From the human T2T-CHM13v2.0 reference genome, Homo sapiens: 64,000 bases of DNA. The stretch lies in NCBI RefSeq assembly GCF_009914755.1, contig NC_060934.1. One strand, given 5' to 3'. The notes under the pieces were generated by a model. The model was not told the origin of the DNA. It did no database searches and was given only the letters and a program-made list of their open reading frames with translations. The translations under genes were made by a program, and so were the position numbers. Below are positions 1 through 14,440 of the stretch, one piece after another; within the stretch, counting starts at the first letter, position 1; every line of letters starts with the position of its first letter.

Positions 1-235
1 ACATTAACCCAGCCTTAGTCGGTACTCTGGTTTTCATCATTCATGCCATCATTCATCATTCATGTGATAGACGTATCACAACTGGGATCAGATGGTTTAG
101 GTCTGAATATTAAAGTCCCAGTTCCTGTAGGATTGTAAAGTTTCCAACAGTAGTAGTAGTATCATTCTATTCACCCTCATTTTGTCTTTGTTCTTCTAGA
201 TATATTTTCCTAAGCAACAGGCTTACTGGTCCTCA

Positions 236-559
<324 letters not shown>

Positions 560-1312
560 TTATTTTATGAAATGCCAACTCTGATTCTAGACCTTAATTA
601 TTAGAATTGTGTTCTAAAAGTCTTTTCAATAAAAAAATTCCAACTGACAAATATGAAACCCATATCTATAATACATGAGTATCACTAAAAATTTCAGTCA
701 TTGATGACAGCAAAGTGAAAGAAGGCCTCTAGGAGGGTGTATGGAGTGAGTGAAGTGACAAGGTTGCTTCTGTAATTGGGGGCGACCAAATTGAAGTAGT
801 GAAGCAAGTGGCTTAGAGAATAAAAAGCATTTTGCCACATTCCAATATTAAAAGAAAATAAAACTAGAAATAGGATACTTGTGTGAAAGTGATCTTTTCA
901 TAAACAAGAAGGAAAAGTGTGCAACTGGAGGAAAGTAATAGCTTTGGTCGGGCTACTCAAGACAAGATAGGTGTAAACAGGGAAGTTTAAAAAGATGTAA
1001 TAACTTGCTCAGATTTACCCAGTAGGTCAGTCTCAAGCTCAGTTCTGTTTGATTGTAAAACCCATTTTCTTAACTCTTACGCTAGGCTGAATATATGGAT
1101 AGAAAATTATTTGACAAACATTTGAAATTGAAGTCATCAAGTTCAATACATCTGGAATCAAACCCATCACCTTCCCCTGCCTCACTCCACTTCTCCAGCC
1201 AGCTCACTGGATGCCCATCTCGGTTCAGGGCAGTCTCACAGTCCTGGTCACCCAGACTAGACCATGATGTACCAAGTGGCCTCGCCCTGTTCTTTGCCTT
1301 CAGTCTCTAATT

Positions 1313-2175
1313 CAGTAGTTCCCAAACTTGTGACATCAGGATCACTGGAGGGCTTATTAAAGCACCACTAGGCTCCACCTCCAGCATGTGCATTGCTCCC
1401 AAGTTCCTAAGTGTTGCTGACGGGAACATCCTTTGAGAACACTGCTTTACTGACATGGGGGGGCGGGAAAAAAAAAAAAGCAATGGACCCTTTCCTGAAA
1501 AGTGCACACACACATGCATGCACAGGTAATGCTGCATAAAATTCTGTGGATTCCTAAGGCCTAGAATTATGTTGACCCTCACGTTAAGAATCCTTAATCC
1601 AGTAGGACTGGAGCAGCAAAAATGTGGGGAGGGATACAAGTGGAGGCCTGTTACTGTAATTTAAGTAAGCCAGAGCCTCTCAAACATTCGTGAGCACACA
1701 GATCGCCTGAGGACCTGGTAAAGATGCAGAATCTGATTTAGTGGGTCTGGCATGGGTGCGGCCGGTAAATCTGCCGGTTCTAATGAGCCTCCAGGTGGTA
1801 TTGATTCTTCTGGCCAGGGACAGTACGTGAGAGGCCGGGTGCTCAGGAGTGTGTAAATTCATGAGATGAAGTACTACTGCACTAAATTGTAAACTCCATA
1901 AAGCAATACTATTAAATAAAAATATACGAGGCATGCATGTAACTTCAGATTTTCTAGTAGCCATTTGAAAAGTCAGAAGTAGGTGACATTAATAATGCAT
2001 CTTAATATATCCAGAATATCACTTCAACATGTAATTAACATAAAAATGAGATCGCTTACATTCATGTTCAGCACTAAGTCTTTAAAAGTCGGTGTGTCTT
2101 TTATAGCTTCTGCATATTTCCATTCAGACTGGCCATGCTCATCCACATGTGCCGGTGGCGACCTGTATTCAATTC
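1313..2175. mobile_element. Cluster of hAT-Charlie MITE fragments (MER5-like at ~1313-1450 and ~1670-1860; MER33/MER3-like at ~1870-2175)
   Basis: cagtagttcccaaact...ctttgagaacactg ends; gcagaatctgatttagtgggtctgg; attttctagtagcca and cactaagtcttt motifs. Confidence 0.6.
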
Positions 2176-3686
2176 GGTACGTTGGACAGAGCAACCCAAA
2201 AATAAGGGCTTTGTCTTAGACCAGAGCATGCCCTATCAGCGCCTTACCTATAGTAGATATTCATACAGCAAACATGTATTAGAGCTTACTCGGAACAAAG
2301 AAGCTGAAAAAAAAAAATCAGTTCTTGCCAGAATTTAAGCCTACCTGAGGGTAGGTTCTTGATATGTTTCAAAGTCTCAGGTTTGAAAGCTTACAAATAT
2401 CTAGTCAAGCTCCAAAATGACATTTCAATTAGGCAACCCTGGCAAGGGATCCTAAGTCTCCCTGTAGCTCTAAAGGGCAGTCTGAGAACCCTTGAGTCGA
2501 ACTCCTTAATTCCATACTGCAGAGAAAACAGACCTAGACCTTCTTGGTGTCACGGTATTCATAATACCACGCCTCCTCTTCGGTAGTCCTTTACAGACTG
2601 TAGGTGGCTTCATAAAGCCTTGCAAGGACAGGAAGTAGTCCCTACCCTCCTGGAACGACGAAGGATAGAATAGCAGAAGCTATAGAATGCCGAGGAAATT
2701 CAGAAAACACTGTGTAAACATCAACCACCGATTCATCAATGTGAGAGCTACTTGAGCTCCTACAGCATCTGTGTGGGATGTGGGATGTCGGGTATACAGC
2801 AATGAGCAGAGCAGAGCAGACCTCTCCGGTCTCTTGAAAGCTTACACTCTAGTGAGCAAGATGCCATGAAGACAGAACGCAGGACTGTAGGATACAGAGG
2901 AAGCATAAAATCTCAGGGAAAGAACTAGTGAGCTGAACCTTTCAGGGTGAGCAGAGGCTGGCTGGAGATGAAACAGGACAGAGGAACCATATCGATTTTG
3001 GATGATTTATTTTCCTCCTTCATATTTTTACAATGAACATTAATACTTTTGAAAGTGGGGGGAAGTTAGAAAGAGGCTTGCTAGAGAGGTGTGTAGTAAG
3101 AGTTATAGGAAAGCTATGGGAGATTTGACGTGGTTACAGAGGCAGAATGAAGGAGGGTACTGGCTTAAGAGGACGAGCAGGGGCAACGGCACAGTGAGGG
3201 CAGCAGGCCAAGATGTGAAGATGAGAGAAGACGACCCAAGAAATGTGAAAAGCGGGAAGGAAACAGACGGAGGGAAATCATGTTTGGCACAAGAGGAACC
3301 TATTTTTATCTAACCAGGAGCCCCTGGAGAGAGAAGGTCCAAGTCTTCTCCAACGCTGGAATTTAAAAAAATTATCTTAGTCTTAAAATTGAAACAAAAG
3401 TAAAGGTTGAAAAAGCTACAAAGTGAAAATGTCTCAGCCAATTCAGTTCCCTTGTTCAGAGGCAGTCACGGACCTGTCCAGTTTCCCATGCATCCTTCCA
3501 AAGACAGACACACACAATGCTAGTGCTATCCTAGCACTGAGAACAGTCAATTTCAGTTATCTGTAAACATGAATTTAGACACATATGCATATACATACAC
3601 GTGTGTATGTGTGTCTGTATGTATGTCAAACTACACTCAAAGTTTCATTAAAGTATAACCAGAAAGTAGAATAAATTGTAAAGTAT

Positions 3687-3810
3687 GAGCGTGGTGGCTC
3701 ACACTTCTACTCACAGCACTTTGAGAGGCCAGGGCAGGAGGATCACTTGAGGTCCGGAGTTTGAGACCAGCTTGGGCAACACAGTGAGACCCCACCTCTA
3801 CCAAAAAAAA
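3687..3810 (+). mobile_element. FLAM / Alu monomer
   Basis: Single left-arm Alu sequence ending in an A run. Confidence 0.85.
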
Positions 3811-5066
3811 TTCTGTTAAAAGTGCCAATCCACTGTTTTCTATCTCACTTTAAAGAGGATCATAAACATTAGGAAAGACTAAGCTCTGAATTTTTAGAAT
3901 CTTTTAATAATTCTAGCAGCTGAATACCTGCTAATGGGAGGGTGAAGAGACGTGGGACTGAGGACCACACATTTTTGGATTTGTCTCCAGTAAAAATTTT
4001 GTTATTTGTTTTCAGTTTCTTACTGCTCTGGATCCTTAGGCCAAAGAGAGCTTACTCAGAACAAAGGAGCTGAAAAACAATCAGTTCTTGCCAGAATGTA
4101 AGCTTCCCCAAGGGTAGGCTCTTATCTGCAAATTTGAATGTATACACAAATGTACACATGTATACACATAGGTACTCTTTTCATAAATCATTTCCAAGCA
4201 TTTTTATTCAGATTTCACTAGTGTTTGTGGGAAGCCTTCAGAGTCCCAGCAAGGGACTTCCACATCCCCTCCCAAAGATGCCGGGGGAAGGAGTCCAGCT
4301 GAGACTGCAGCCCCTGGGTCCCAAGCTCTGGCCTAGAGACACAGTTCCAGTTCTCAAGCCCAACCCCGTAGGCCATGAGGGAGGGGCATCCTCCTTCACA
4401 CCTGTCTTGTAGGGAGGTGTCCTCACCCCCAGCCTCTAGCAGAGATGGCATAAACCTGCCTGACCAACAGACCCAGGCACAATGTCTAAATTAAATGCTG
4501 AAGATATTTTTGTTTCACCAACAATTTAAAAACTCTCAAAGATTACTAAAATCACATGAACTTGAAAAGCATTTGGGCTTATTTGCTTAATTTACAAGTA
4601 CTCATTTATTTATAAGCCACTTTGGTACCATGAACAATATACAGACAGACACGTACACATGAATATACAAAAATACAGACAGACATAAAGATCTTATAGC
4701 GTTAGTTTTAAAATGTCAGCCATGAGTCAGGTGACAATCACTAGTATCAAAGAACAGTTGGGTTTAAACTGTGTCTCTGTGAATGGAACAGGCTGAGATT
4801 TCTCTCTCCCCCAGGGCCCAAGCCCTCATGGAGTTTTAGAGGAAAACAGGGTAGCAAATTTATTTCTCACACACAGAGAATTTCAGCCTTGTTAAGGAGG
4901 AGTTGAAGTATGGTAGTTAGAGGAAAATTAAAAAGGGGTGCCAAGGTAACTTACCATAGGATTTTATAGGGAGGCCAATGTCATTTGTATAGGTAGCTTT
5001 CGGTTTAGTCTGTTTTCCAACTGGACCAATGGACTCAGGGCAGAGCCCATTAAGAAACAGGGCCAA

Positions 5067-5706
<640 letters not shown>

Positions 5707-6432
5707 GGATTTTACTTTTATACTGAATCCCAGATCCCTTCAAACACAGGACTGTCATGGGACTGGGCCATACAACACCTGCACAGTACACTTCATTACC
5801 AAGACATTTCTCTAAGTGTTTAAAATGCACGTTTTTTATCTAAACATGGAAAGAAATGAGTAGCTCCCTGTAGTAATAACCATTTACTATAAAGAAGTGC
5901 CTTCGGCCACCCCCAAAACTGCAGCTCTCACCAGTGACGGCAGGCATCACACACACGGAGGTTAAGTCCTGTCCCACAGTACAATGTAATCTCCAGGGCC
6001 CCAAAGCCAAGAGATCAGGTCACGCAGCACAGAATGCGGTTTCAGACCTGACAGGACCCTGCCCGTGACTCTCTAGACTGCACAGGAAGACAGAAGACCC
6101 CGGAAAGCAGTGAGTGGGGCCTTTTCCTGCGCTCATTAAGGTGTCTGAGGCATGAGATGTCCCCTCCAGATCCTTTCACGTGGAACCAAAGAGGAAGGAG
6201 GAGCAGGAAGAAGAACAGGCAGAGCCGTTCTTGAGAAAGGAAGTGAACACAGAGGAACCAAACACGTAAGTTTTTTAAAAAACGGTTTCAATCTACTGAA
6301 AAAGAATTTCCAAAACGAGACCCCAAGAGCAATAGCAGAAAGGCCTTAAACACACACACACGTACACATATAGCTTGAATATCAGTTTTAATTAAGCTGA
6401 CCATAGAGCTTTAAAAAAAAACAAAAAAAAAC

Positions 6433-6729
<297 letters not shown>

Positions 6730-7977
6730 TTATCAGATTTTAGCCAGGACAAACAGATGATAGTTCTGTGTTTTGAATCATTTTTACCAAAGGAACCTTC
6801 CTGAGTGGCGAAGCAGTATCCCACGAAGTTGGAAGTTATCACAAATACCAAACCAAAAGGGACTGGCTCCCTGATGAGGAAGGAGCCAGGCTGCAGCAGT
6901 GAAAGCACCAAACCCCAGTCATTAGGCCACAGGGTGGACATGCTTCCTTTTTGTGGGTAAATCTTGCAGGGGATCCAAAGCAGGTAGTTGGAACATTTAA
7001 AGGATTTAAAGTTGTTTTTTATCTGATTTCAGCTGGAATGCTACTTAGCTAATTCCCTGGATGTCAGCATTTCATCAGTCAGTCATTAGAGTCCTAAAGC
7101 AGAAAAAATTTGTTGGATCTGCATTTTAATGATCTAATTTTATTTTTGTCCATTCCCCTCTTTTAGACTATTAGTCTTTTATAGTTATTTGTTTTATTGC
7201 CCTAAGCAATTGTCAGCTAGGCAACAAAGGTGTTTTTTGGAGACCCATCTTGCTCATTGGGTGGTCTTTTTAATCGAGTGGAGAATAGTTGAAGAATACT
7301 GGGCAGCCCCCAGAACCAGAAGGGTTTGTGGTGACACTGAGCTGCCACAATAGGAGTTTCAGGGAGGGGGTCAGAGACCTGGGGAGTTTCCTCAGGTGGT
7401 AGTGACAGGTATCTCTTTGTTTACCTCCTGAAGGGAGGCGATTTTCTCAGAATTTATTTTAGAAGCTTTTTAGGTGCCGCTGGAAGTCTTCCATTTAATT
7501 TGTTTCTAAAAGTGGCTTTTTCCAATTGTGTGTACAAATGAATTATTTTAGGTATTTCAAAAGACTTCCATTTTTGGTCATTGTTGTTTATGATCATCCT
7601 TGGTTAGGTAGGTCCCCTTTCCTAGATATCTATAATGTATGTAAAACCTGCTGGTATTTAATAGGAGTTTGCCACAAATGAAAAATCAGGCCCACATTTC
7701 AAAAATAGAAAAGTAACTGCAATTTTTAAAAGCATACAATGTACAAAGAGATCACAAACGCCTAACGGCAAATCCGTTGACCTGAACCTCTGCTGTGAGA
7801 CAGGGACAGAAAAAGTTTGACCCAAATCCCTTGTCCTGAGACAGAGGTGGAAAAACTTTCTCTACGGAGCTCTTTACCTGAATCTCCTATCCAAAGACAG
7901 AGAGCAAAGCCCTTACTCTTAAAATAAAGAGTTTGAAAAACAGCCTAAATAAGTCAGGACTTTCAACCAAAGAGTGG

Positions 7978-8472
7978 TGTTACCAAAATGCTAGGGGTTT
8001 GATCTAGGTCCTGCTGCTTTCTGCCCACAAAGCCCATCACTGAGACAAGTATGGCCAGGGAAGAAGGCTTTAATCGGTGCTGCAGCTGAGGAGATGGGAG
8101 AGCAGTCTCAAATCCATCTCCCTGACGGACTAAAATTAGGGGTTTATATAGCAGGGAAGAAATGTAACTTACATGCAGGAAAACAGGAACTAGGGAGGGA
8201 TAAGGAAGAGGAGTCAGTCAACAGGCAGCAGGTGGGTGGTTAGGCAGTCATGGCGGGTGAGGGGTTTGGCCTCTCATTGTCCAGATGTGGTGACCTGGTG
8301 AGTTTGAGCTCCTTGATACCATCCGGGAGGCCTGATAGTTGGTGCCCTGAGAAAGAAACTCGGGTAAGACCAATGTAAGTTTCTCAAGTTTTAAGACTGG
8401 GAATGTCAATTTCTATGTTTATTCTAAAGAAACCACGAACAGCAATTCTATGGGACAACTGGGCTAGTTTCA
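7978..8472 (-). mobile_element. Solo ERV1 LTR (LTR26-like) nested in the ERV internal region
   Basis: TG...CA termini with 4-bp TSD GTGG at 7974-7977 and 8473-8476; minus strand starts TGAAACTAGCCCAGTTGTCCCATAGAA. Confidence 0.75.
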
Positions 8473-8599
8473 GTGGGAGGCCCAATTTCAGGAGAACTCA
8501 CCCAAAACACCTGGTGGGACTTCTGAAGACAGAGTTTGTGCTGGTACCAAGTGCCGCTTTCAGAGAGAAACACCGTGTGGTCAGGGGAAGACACTCTAA

Positions 8600-8617
8600 A
8601 TCCTGCAGACTATACCA
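8600..8617 (-). promoter_or_regulatory. Degenerate retroviral primer-binding site, tRNA-Ser type
   Basis: TGGTATAGTCTGCAGGAT vs TGGCGTAGTCGGCAGGAT (complement of the tRNA-Ser 3' end), 15/18 match, a few nt past the LTR end. Confidence 0.65.
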
Positions 8618-8778
8618 CATAGTCAACCTAAAAGGAAGAATCCGAGGCAAAGTTAATATAAGTAGGCAGTTTATTTGGGCCAAGCTTGAGGATTGCAGCT
8701 GGGAGCAGAGATTCAAGTTGCCCTGAGTATATGCTCTGATAATATATGCTCTGAGAAGCAGCAGTTACAAGTGGGGTT

Positions 8779-9101
<323 letters not shown>

Positions 9102-9249
9102 TAAAGGCAAAAGAAGAGGATGAGGAGTGGGCTGACAGCAAGTTGACTGTCAGGAATTCTTGTCGGTTTACAGAAACAACAGTGCCGAGTGATTGGCTGT
9201 ACATTATTAACCTATAGGATGCCAGTAACAGCATCTGGTGTGGCATCAT

Positions 9250-10560
9250 TAGGTTGACTCATACCTGTAGGGTTCAGGGCATGGGGTATGGAGTCCAGTG
9301 GATGTCACTAGGTTGATTCATAACTGGAGGGTACATGGCATGGGGTACGGTGTCCAGTGTATGTCACTAGGTTGACTCATAACTGTAGGGTACAAGGTAT
9401 GGGGTAAGGTGTCTGGTGCATGTTACTAGGTTGACTCACAGCTGTAGGGTACAGGGCATGGGGTACGGTGTCCAGTGTATGTCACTAGGTTGACTCATAA
9501 CTGTAGGGTACAGGGCATGGAGTACGGTGTCCAATGTATGTCACTAGGTTGACTCATAACTGTAGGGTACAGGGCATGGAGTACGGTATCTGGTGCATGT
9601 CACTAGGTTGACTCATAACTGTAGGGTACAGGGCATGGAGTACGGCATCCAGTGCATGTCACTAGATTGACTCAACTGTAGGGTACAGGGTATGGGGTAA
9701 GGTGTCTGGTGCATGTCACTAGGTTGACTCACAGCTGTAGGGTACAGGGCATGGGGTAAGGTGTCTGGTGCATGTCACTAGGTTGACTCACAGCTGTAGG
9801 GTACAGGGTATGGGGTATGGTGTCCGGTGCATGTCACTAGGTTGACTCACAGCTGTAGGGTACAGGGCATGGGGTACGGTGTCCAGTGTATGTCACTAGG
9901 TTGACTCATAACTGTAGGGTACAGGGCATGGAGTACGGCATCCGGTGCATGTCACTAGATTGACTCAACTGTAGGGTACAGGGTATGGGGTAAGGTGTCT
10001 GGTGCATGTCACTAGGTTGACTCACAGCTGTAGGGTACAGGGCATGGGGTAAGGTGTCTGGTGCATGTCACTAGGTTGACTCACAGCTGTAGGGTACAGG
10101 GCATGGGGTACGGTGTCTGGTGCATGTCACTAGGTTGACTCACAGCTGTAGGGTACAGGGCATGGGGTATGGTGTCCGGTGTATGTCACTAGGTTGACTC
10201 ATAACTGTAGGGTACAGGGCATGGGGTATGGTGTCCAGTGTATGTCACTAGGTTGACTCATAACTGTAGGGTACAGGGCATGGAGTACGGCATCCGGTGC
10301 ATGTCACTAGATTGACTCAACTGTAGGGTACAGGGTATGGGGTAAGGTGTCTGGTGCATGTCACTAGGTTGACTCACAGCTGTAGGGTACAGGGCATGGG
10401 GTACAGTGTCCGGTGCATGTCACTAGGTTGACTCACAGCTATAGGGTACAGGGCATGGGGTATGGTGTCCAGTGTATGTCACTAGGTTGACTCATAACTG
10501 TAGGGTACAGGGCACGGGGTACAGTGTCTGACGTGGTATCACTACATTGATTCATAGCTA
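9250..10560. repeat. 59-bp minisatellite (~23 units), consensus tcactaggttgactcacagctgtagggtacagggcatggggtacggtgtccggtgcatg
   Basis: ttgactca recurs every 57-59 bp from 9254 to ~10546. Confidence 0.97.
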
Positions 10561-10703
10561 CTTGTAGCAGCAGCAAGCAGTTTCAAGAGATGCACGCATA
10601 AGGTCAAGGGGTGTATGTGATGTGACTGCTGCCTGATTTTACTGTCTCTCTGGACCTAATAGTTTAAAAGGATTCATACTCCTGAGATAAAAGTTCTTTT
10701 CTC

Positions 10704-11918
10704 AGCCATATGTAGAAAGCTGAAACTGGATCTCTTCCTTACACCTTATACAAAAATTAATTCAAGATGGATTGAAGACTTAAATTTAGACCTAAAACCA
10801 TAAAATCCCTAGAAGAAAACCTAGGCAGTATCATTCAGGATATAGGCGTGGGCAAGGACTTCATGTCTAAAACACCAAAAGCAATGGCAACAAAACCCAA
10901 AAATGATAAATGAGATCTAATTAAACTAAAGAGCTTCTGCACAGCAAAAGAAACTACCATCAGAGTGAAGAGGCAACCTACAGAATAGGAGAAAATTTTT
11001 GCAATCTACTCATCTGACAAAGGGCTAATATCCAGAATCTACAAAGAACTCAAACAAACTTAACTTACAAGGAAAAAACAACCCCATCAACAAGTGGGCA
11101 AAGGATATGAGCAGACACTTCTCAAAAGAAGACATTTATGCAGCCAAAAGACACATGAAAAAATGCTCACCATCACTGGCTATCAGAGAAATGCAAATCA
11201 AAACCACAATGAGATACCATCTCACACCAGTTAGAATGGCAATCATTAAAACGTCAGGAAACAACAGGTGCTGGAGAGGATGTGGAGAAATAGGAACACT
11301 TTTACACTGTTGGTGGGACTGTAAACTAGTTCAACCACTGTGGAAGACAGTGTGGCGATTCCTCAGGGATCTAGAACTAGAAATATCATTTGCCCAGCCA
11401 TCTCATTACTGGGTATATACCCAAAGGATTATAAATCATGCTGCTATAAAGACACATGCACACGTATGTTTATTGCAGCACTATTCACAATAGCAAAGAC
11501 TTGGAACCAACCCAAATGTCCATGAATGACAGACTGGATTAAGAAAATGTGGCACATATACACCATGGAATACTATGCAGCCATAAAAAAGGATGAGTTA
11601 ATGTCCTTTGTAGGGACATGGATGAAGCTGGAAACCATCATTCTCAGCAAACTATCACAAGGACAGAAAACCAAACACCGCATGTTCTCACTCATAGGTG
11701 GGAATCGAACAATGAGAACACTTGGACACAGGAAGGGGAACATCACATACTGGGGCCTGTTGTGGGGTGGGGTGAGGGGGGAGGGATAGCATTAGGAGAT
11801 ATACCTAATGTAAATGATGAGTTAATGGGTGCAGCACACCAATATGGCACATGTATACATACGTAACAAACCTGCATGTTGTGCACATGTACCCTAGAAT
11901 TTAAAGTATATATATAAA
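10704..11918 (+). mobile_element. 5'-truncated L1PA (L1PA4-like): ORF2 3' end plus 3'UTR
   Basis: Disrupted ORF2 C-terminus ([18 protein letters not shown] zinc knuckle); 3'UTR ggagatatacctaatgtaaatga; TSD aaaa(g/a)ttcttttctc at 10689-10703 and 11919-11933. Confidence 0.95.
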
Positions 11919-14169
11919 AAAAATTCTTTTCTCTCATTTCTATGGACAGGAATAATTTGTATTATCATAAGTTCTCTACAATGTATAGAGCTGTAAAGTA
12001 GCTCAAAGACAATAAAATGCAGAGATAACCTGGATGGCTGAGCTAGTCAGGACATCCAAAAATATATATATTTTTGCCCATGTAAAAATCTTTCAAAGTA
12101 TTTCCTGACAAGTTCAACAATTCAATAGTCCAAGGGATATGAACAAAACAGTCTACAGAAAGAGAAATAGAAACGGCTTTAAAGATATTTTTAAATACAC
12201 TCACTTATGACAAGAGAAATGCAAATGAAAACCATCGTTTCTGACACGGGGTACTGGCAAACACATAAAGGCACCTCTGAAAACCACCGTTTCTGACATG
12301 GGATACTGGAAAACACATAAAGGCACCACAATTTCTGTCAGTGAAGTGTTGCTGGTAAAAGTGAAAAATGAACGTGATGCCACCAAGGGACACTTTCTGG
12401 GAAAATCTGACCAGATTACAGCATGTTGACTCTTTGGTGCCGCAATCCCACTTCTGGAAATCTGTCCATCAGATACGCTTGGCCAATTATGAAATACACT
12501 GTTATCATAACAAAAATTGATGACTCATAATAGCAGAAGACAGGAAAAAGGCTAAGTGCCCATTAATAGGGACTGCGGTGCAACCAAACAATGGAATACC
12601 AGGCTCCTTATAAAAGACAGTAATCAGGATGAACTTTAAAGAAAGCAAGGTACAGAATACACAGTACATGTCCTTTCCGATTAGAATGAGGGGGTGGTAG
12701 GAATATACATTCATGATTGGCTTGTATTCACATAAACACTGAAAAGACAGCAGCAACTAGTAAAAATGGTTCTCTCTCAAGATGAGCTGTGGGGACCGGA
12801 GCACAGGAACAAGATTGCAAGCGGATTGCAAGCGCGACTTCACCATGAACACCTTTTCACGGTGTCCACATTTGGACCCTGTGGTCGGATTATCTACTTA
12901 AAACATTACATTTTGTGTATTAAAACAAAAAGATTTTTCTTAACAGCCCAGGCAGTAAATGTTGAGATGCTGACACCAGGTAATAGTGATATTTTTCTTT
13001 TTCTTCCTTTCCTAACTGTGCCATTACTAACCTCAGGGGCCGTGGTCCCTGCACACATGCTGTGGCGTCCACTTACGAAGGGGTGCTTCGTGTCCATGTA
13101 CCTCCTCAAACCCTAGTCCCATCTCAAATTAAGTGCTTTAAACATAGCAGAAACTCGTTAAATGCCGGTGGCCTGACTGCTGTCCTTATTCTCCGAACGT
13201 CAAGGAGCTATTGAAGGCACGATTGAGTTGAGTGGGCCGCAACCAAAACTGAACTTGGGTGGTGATGGGGAAGAAGCATCTCTCTATAGAAACGTAACCC
13301 TGTAAGTCATCCTTTTACATAATGTAGCAAAATACTTAACATGGTAATACCTAAATACTTGAGTTGATCTTTAAACCGAGGGAGGGATTATTTACACCAT
13401 AAAGGATCACAGGGTCTTTTAAAATTGCTCCTTCTCAAGTGTGTCTTCACTTATCTCGAAACATGGTGTTAGAAACTTGCAGCAGACCTGTTCATCTCTG
13501 TTGACAGACTGTCAATCAGCATTAAGACAGAATAATTCTCAACTTTGGTGTTGAAAAAGAATTCTTATATTTTGGAGACCTCATTGTTGTTTCCAGGAAG
13601 TTAAAGCCCTGGATGACTGCCCTGTTCAGTATACCCAGCACCCTTCCTCCTAAATTAAGACAGGAGAGTTGTTGGCTGAGAAAAGGGGCAGATATGGGTG
13701 CTCCTGCCCCTGCCTCTACCTGCCATCATCCCATCAGGCTGGCAAGGATGTTGCATCGCACCTGAGTCCAGAGGCTAATCAGGACCAGCTGTTTGAAGGC
13801 AGGAAAAATATGTTTAAACAGAGGAAGCATCAGTGTGGTCATATTTTGGTTAGATCCATTTAAAGAACGCTGTATCTGTATGTGGGGAAAAATAAGAACT
13901 TCACCATCATCTACTCTTATCCCTCATCTTAGAGACAGAAAAGAATAATACGTGATCTGCGCTTTGTGGCTAAGCCAAGACACTGGTGTGACTGGAGAGG
14001 GTGGGCACCTCCCTCAGAGCTCATGCCTCAGAGCTGCCAGACTTGGGGAGCTGTGGGATCCTCAGCACCAGCAGTTGGGGTTCAAATATTTGCTGGCTGA
14101 AGAAATGAACGAGGCAGAATTTGAAAAATTAAACTCCTTTGAGGGCTGTCTCCAGCTGTCATTTATTTC

Positions 14170-14440
14170 TGTAGGACCCACGGGCTAAGAATAGCCTTTA
14201 TACTTTTAAATGGCAGAAAAAAGATCAATAGAATACTTCATGATGGGAAAAATCATTGGAAATTCAATTGGTGTCTCCCAAAAAAGCTCCATGGGACTAG
14301 AGCCACAGTACTTATTGGGGGGCTTTCTATGGCTGCATTCACGCTACTGCTCAGAATCGAGTTGAGGTAGAAACCATATGGCCTGCAAAGCCTAGAATAT
14401 TTTCTAGCTGGCCCTTTACAGAAAAAGTTTGTTTTCCCTG
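14170..14440. mobile_element. MER58B-like hAT MITE
   Basis: ctatggctgcattcacgctac...atatggcctgcaaagcctagaatattttctagctggccctttacagaaaaagtttg. Confidence 0.7.

Noticed and set aside
1-230. Possible ZMYND11 3' end (known convergent neighbour)
   Set aside because: No coding sequence or clear poly(A) site recognisable; cannot be supported from this window.
3579-3626. Short inverted repeat ACATACAC-GT-GTGTATGT in an alternating purine-pyrimidine tract
   Set aside because: Common microsatellite-derived symmetry with no further support.
9250-10560. Regular array superficially resembling a CRISPR locus
   Set aside because: Whole units repeat with no unique spacers, the context is eukaryotic, and there are no cas genes; it is a minisatellite.
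11107-11866. L1 ORF2-like peptides (also 40951-41997)
   Set aside because: Fragmented, 5'-truncated L1 copies; not functional genes.
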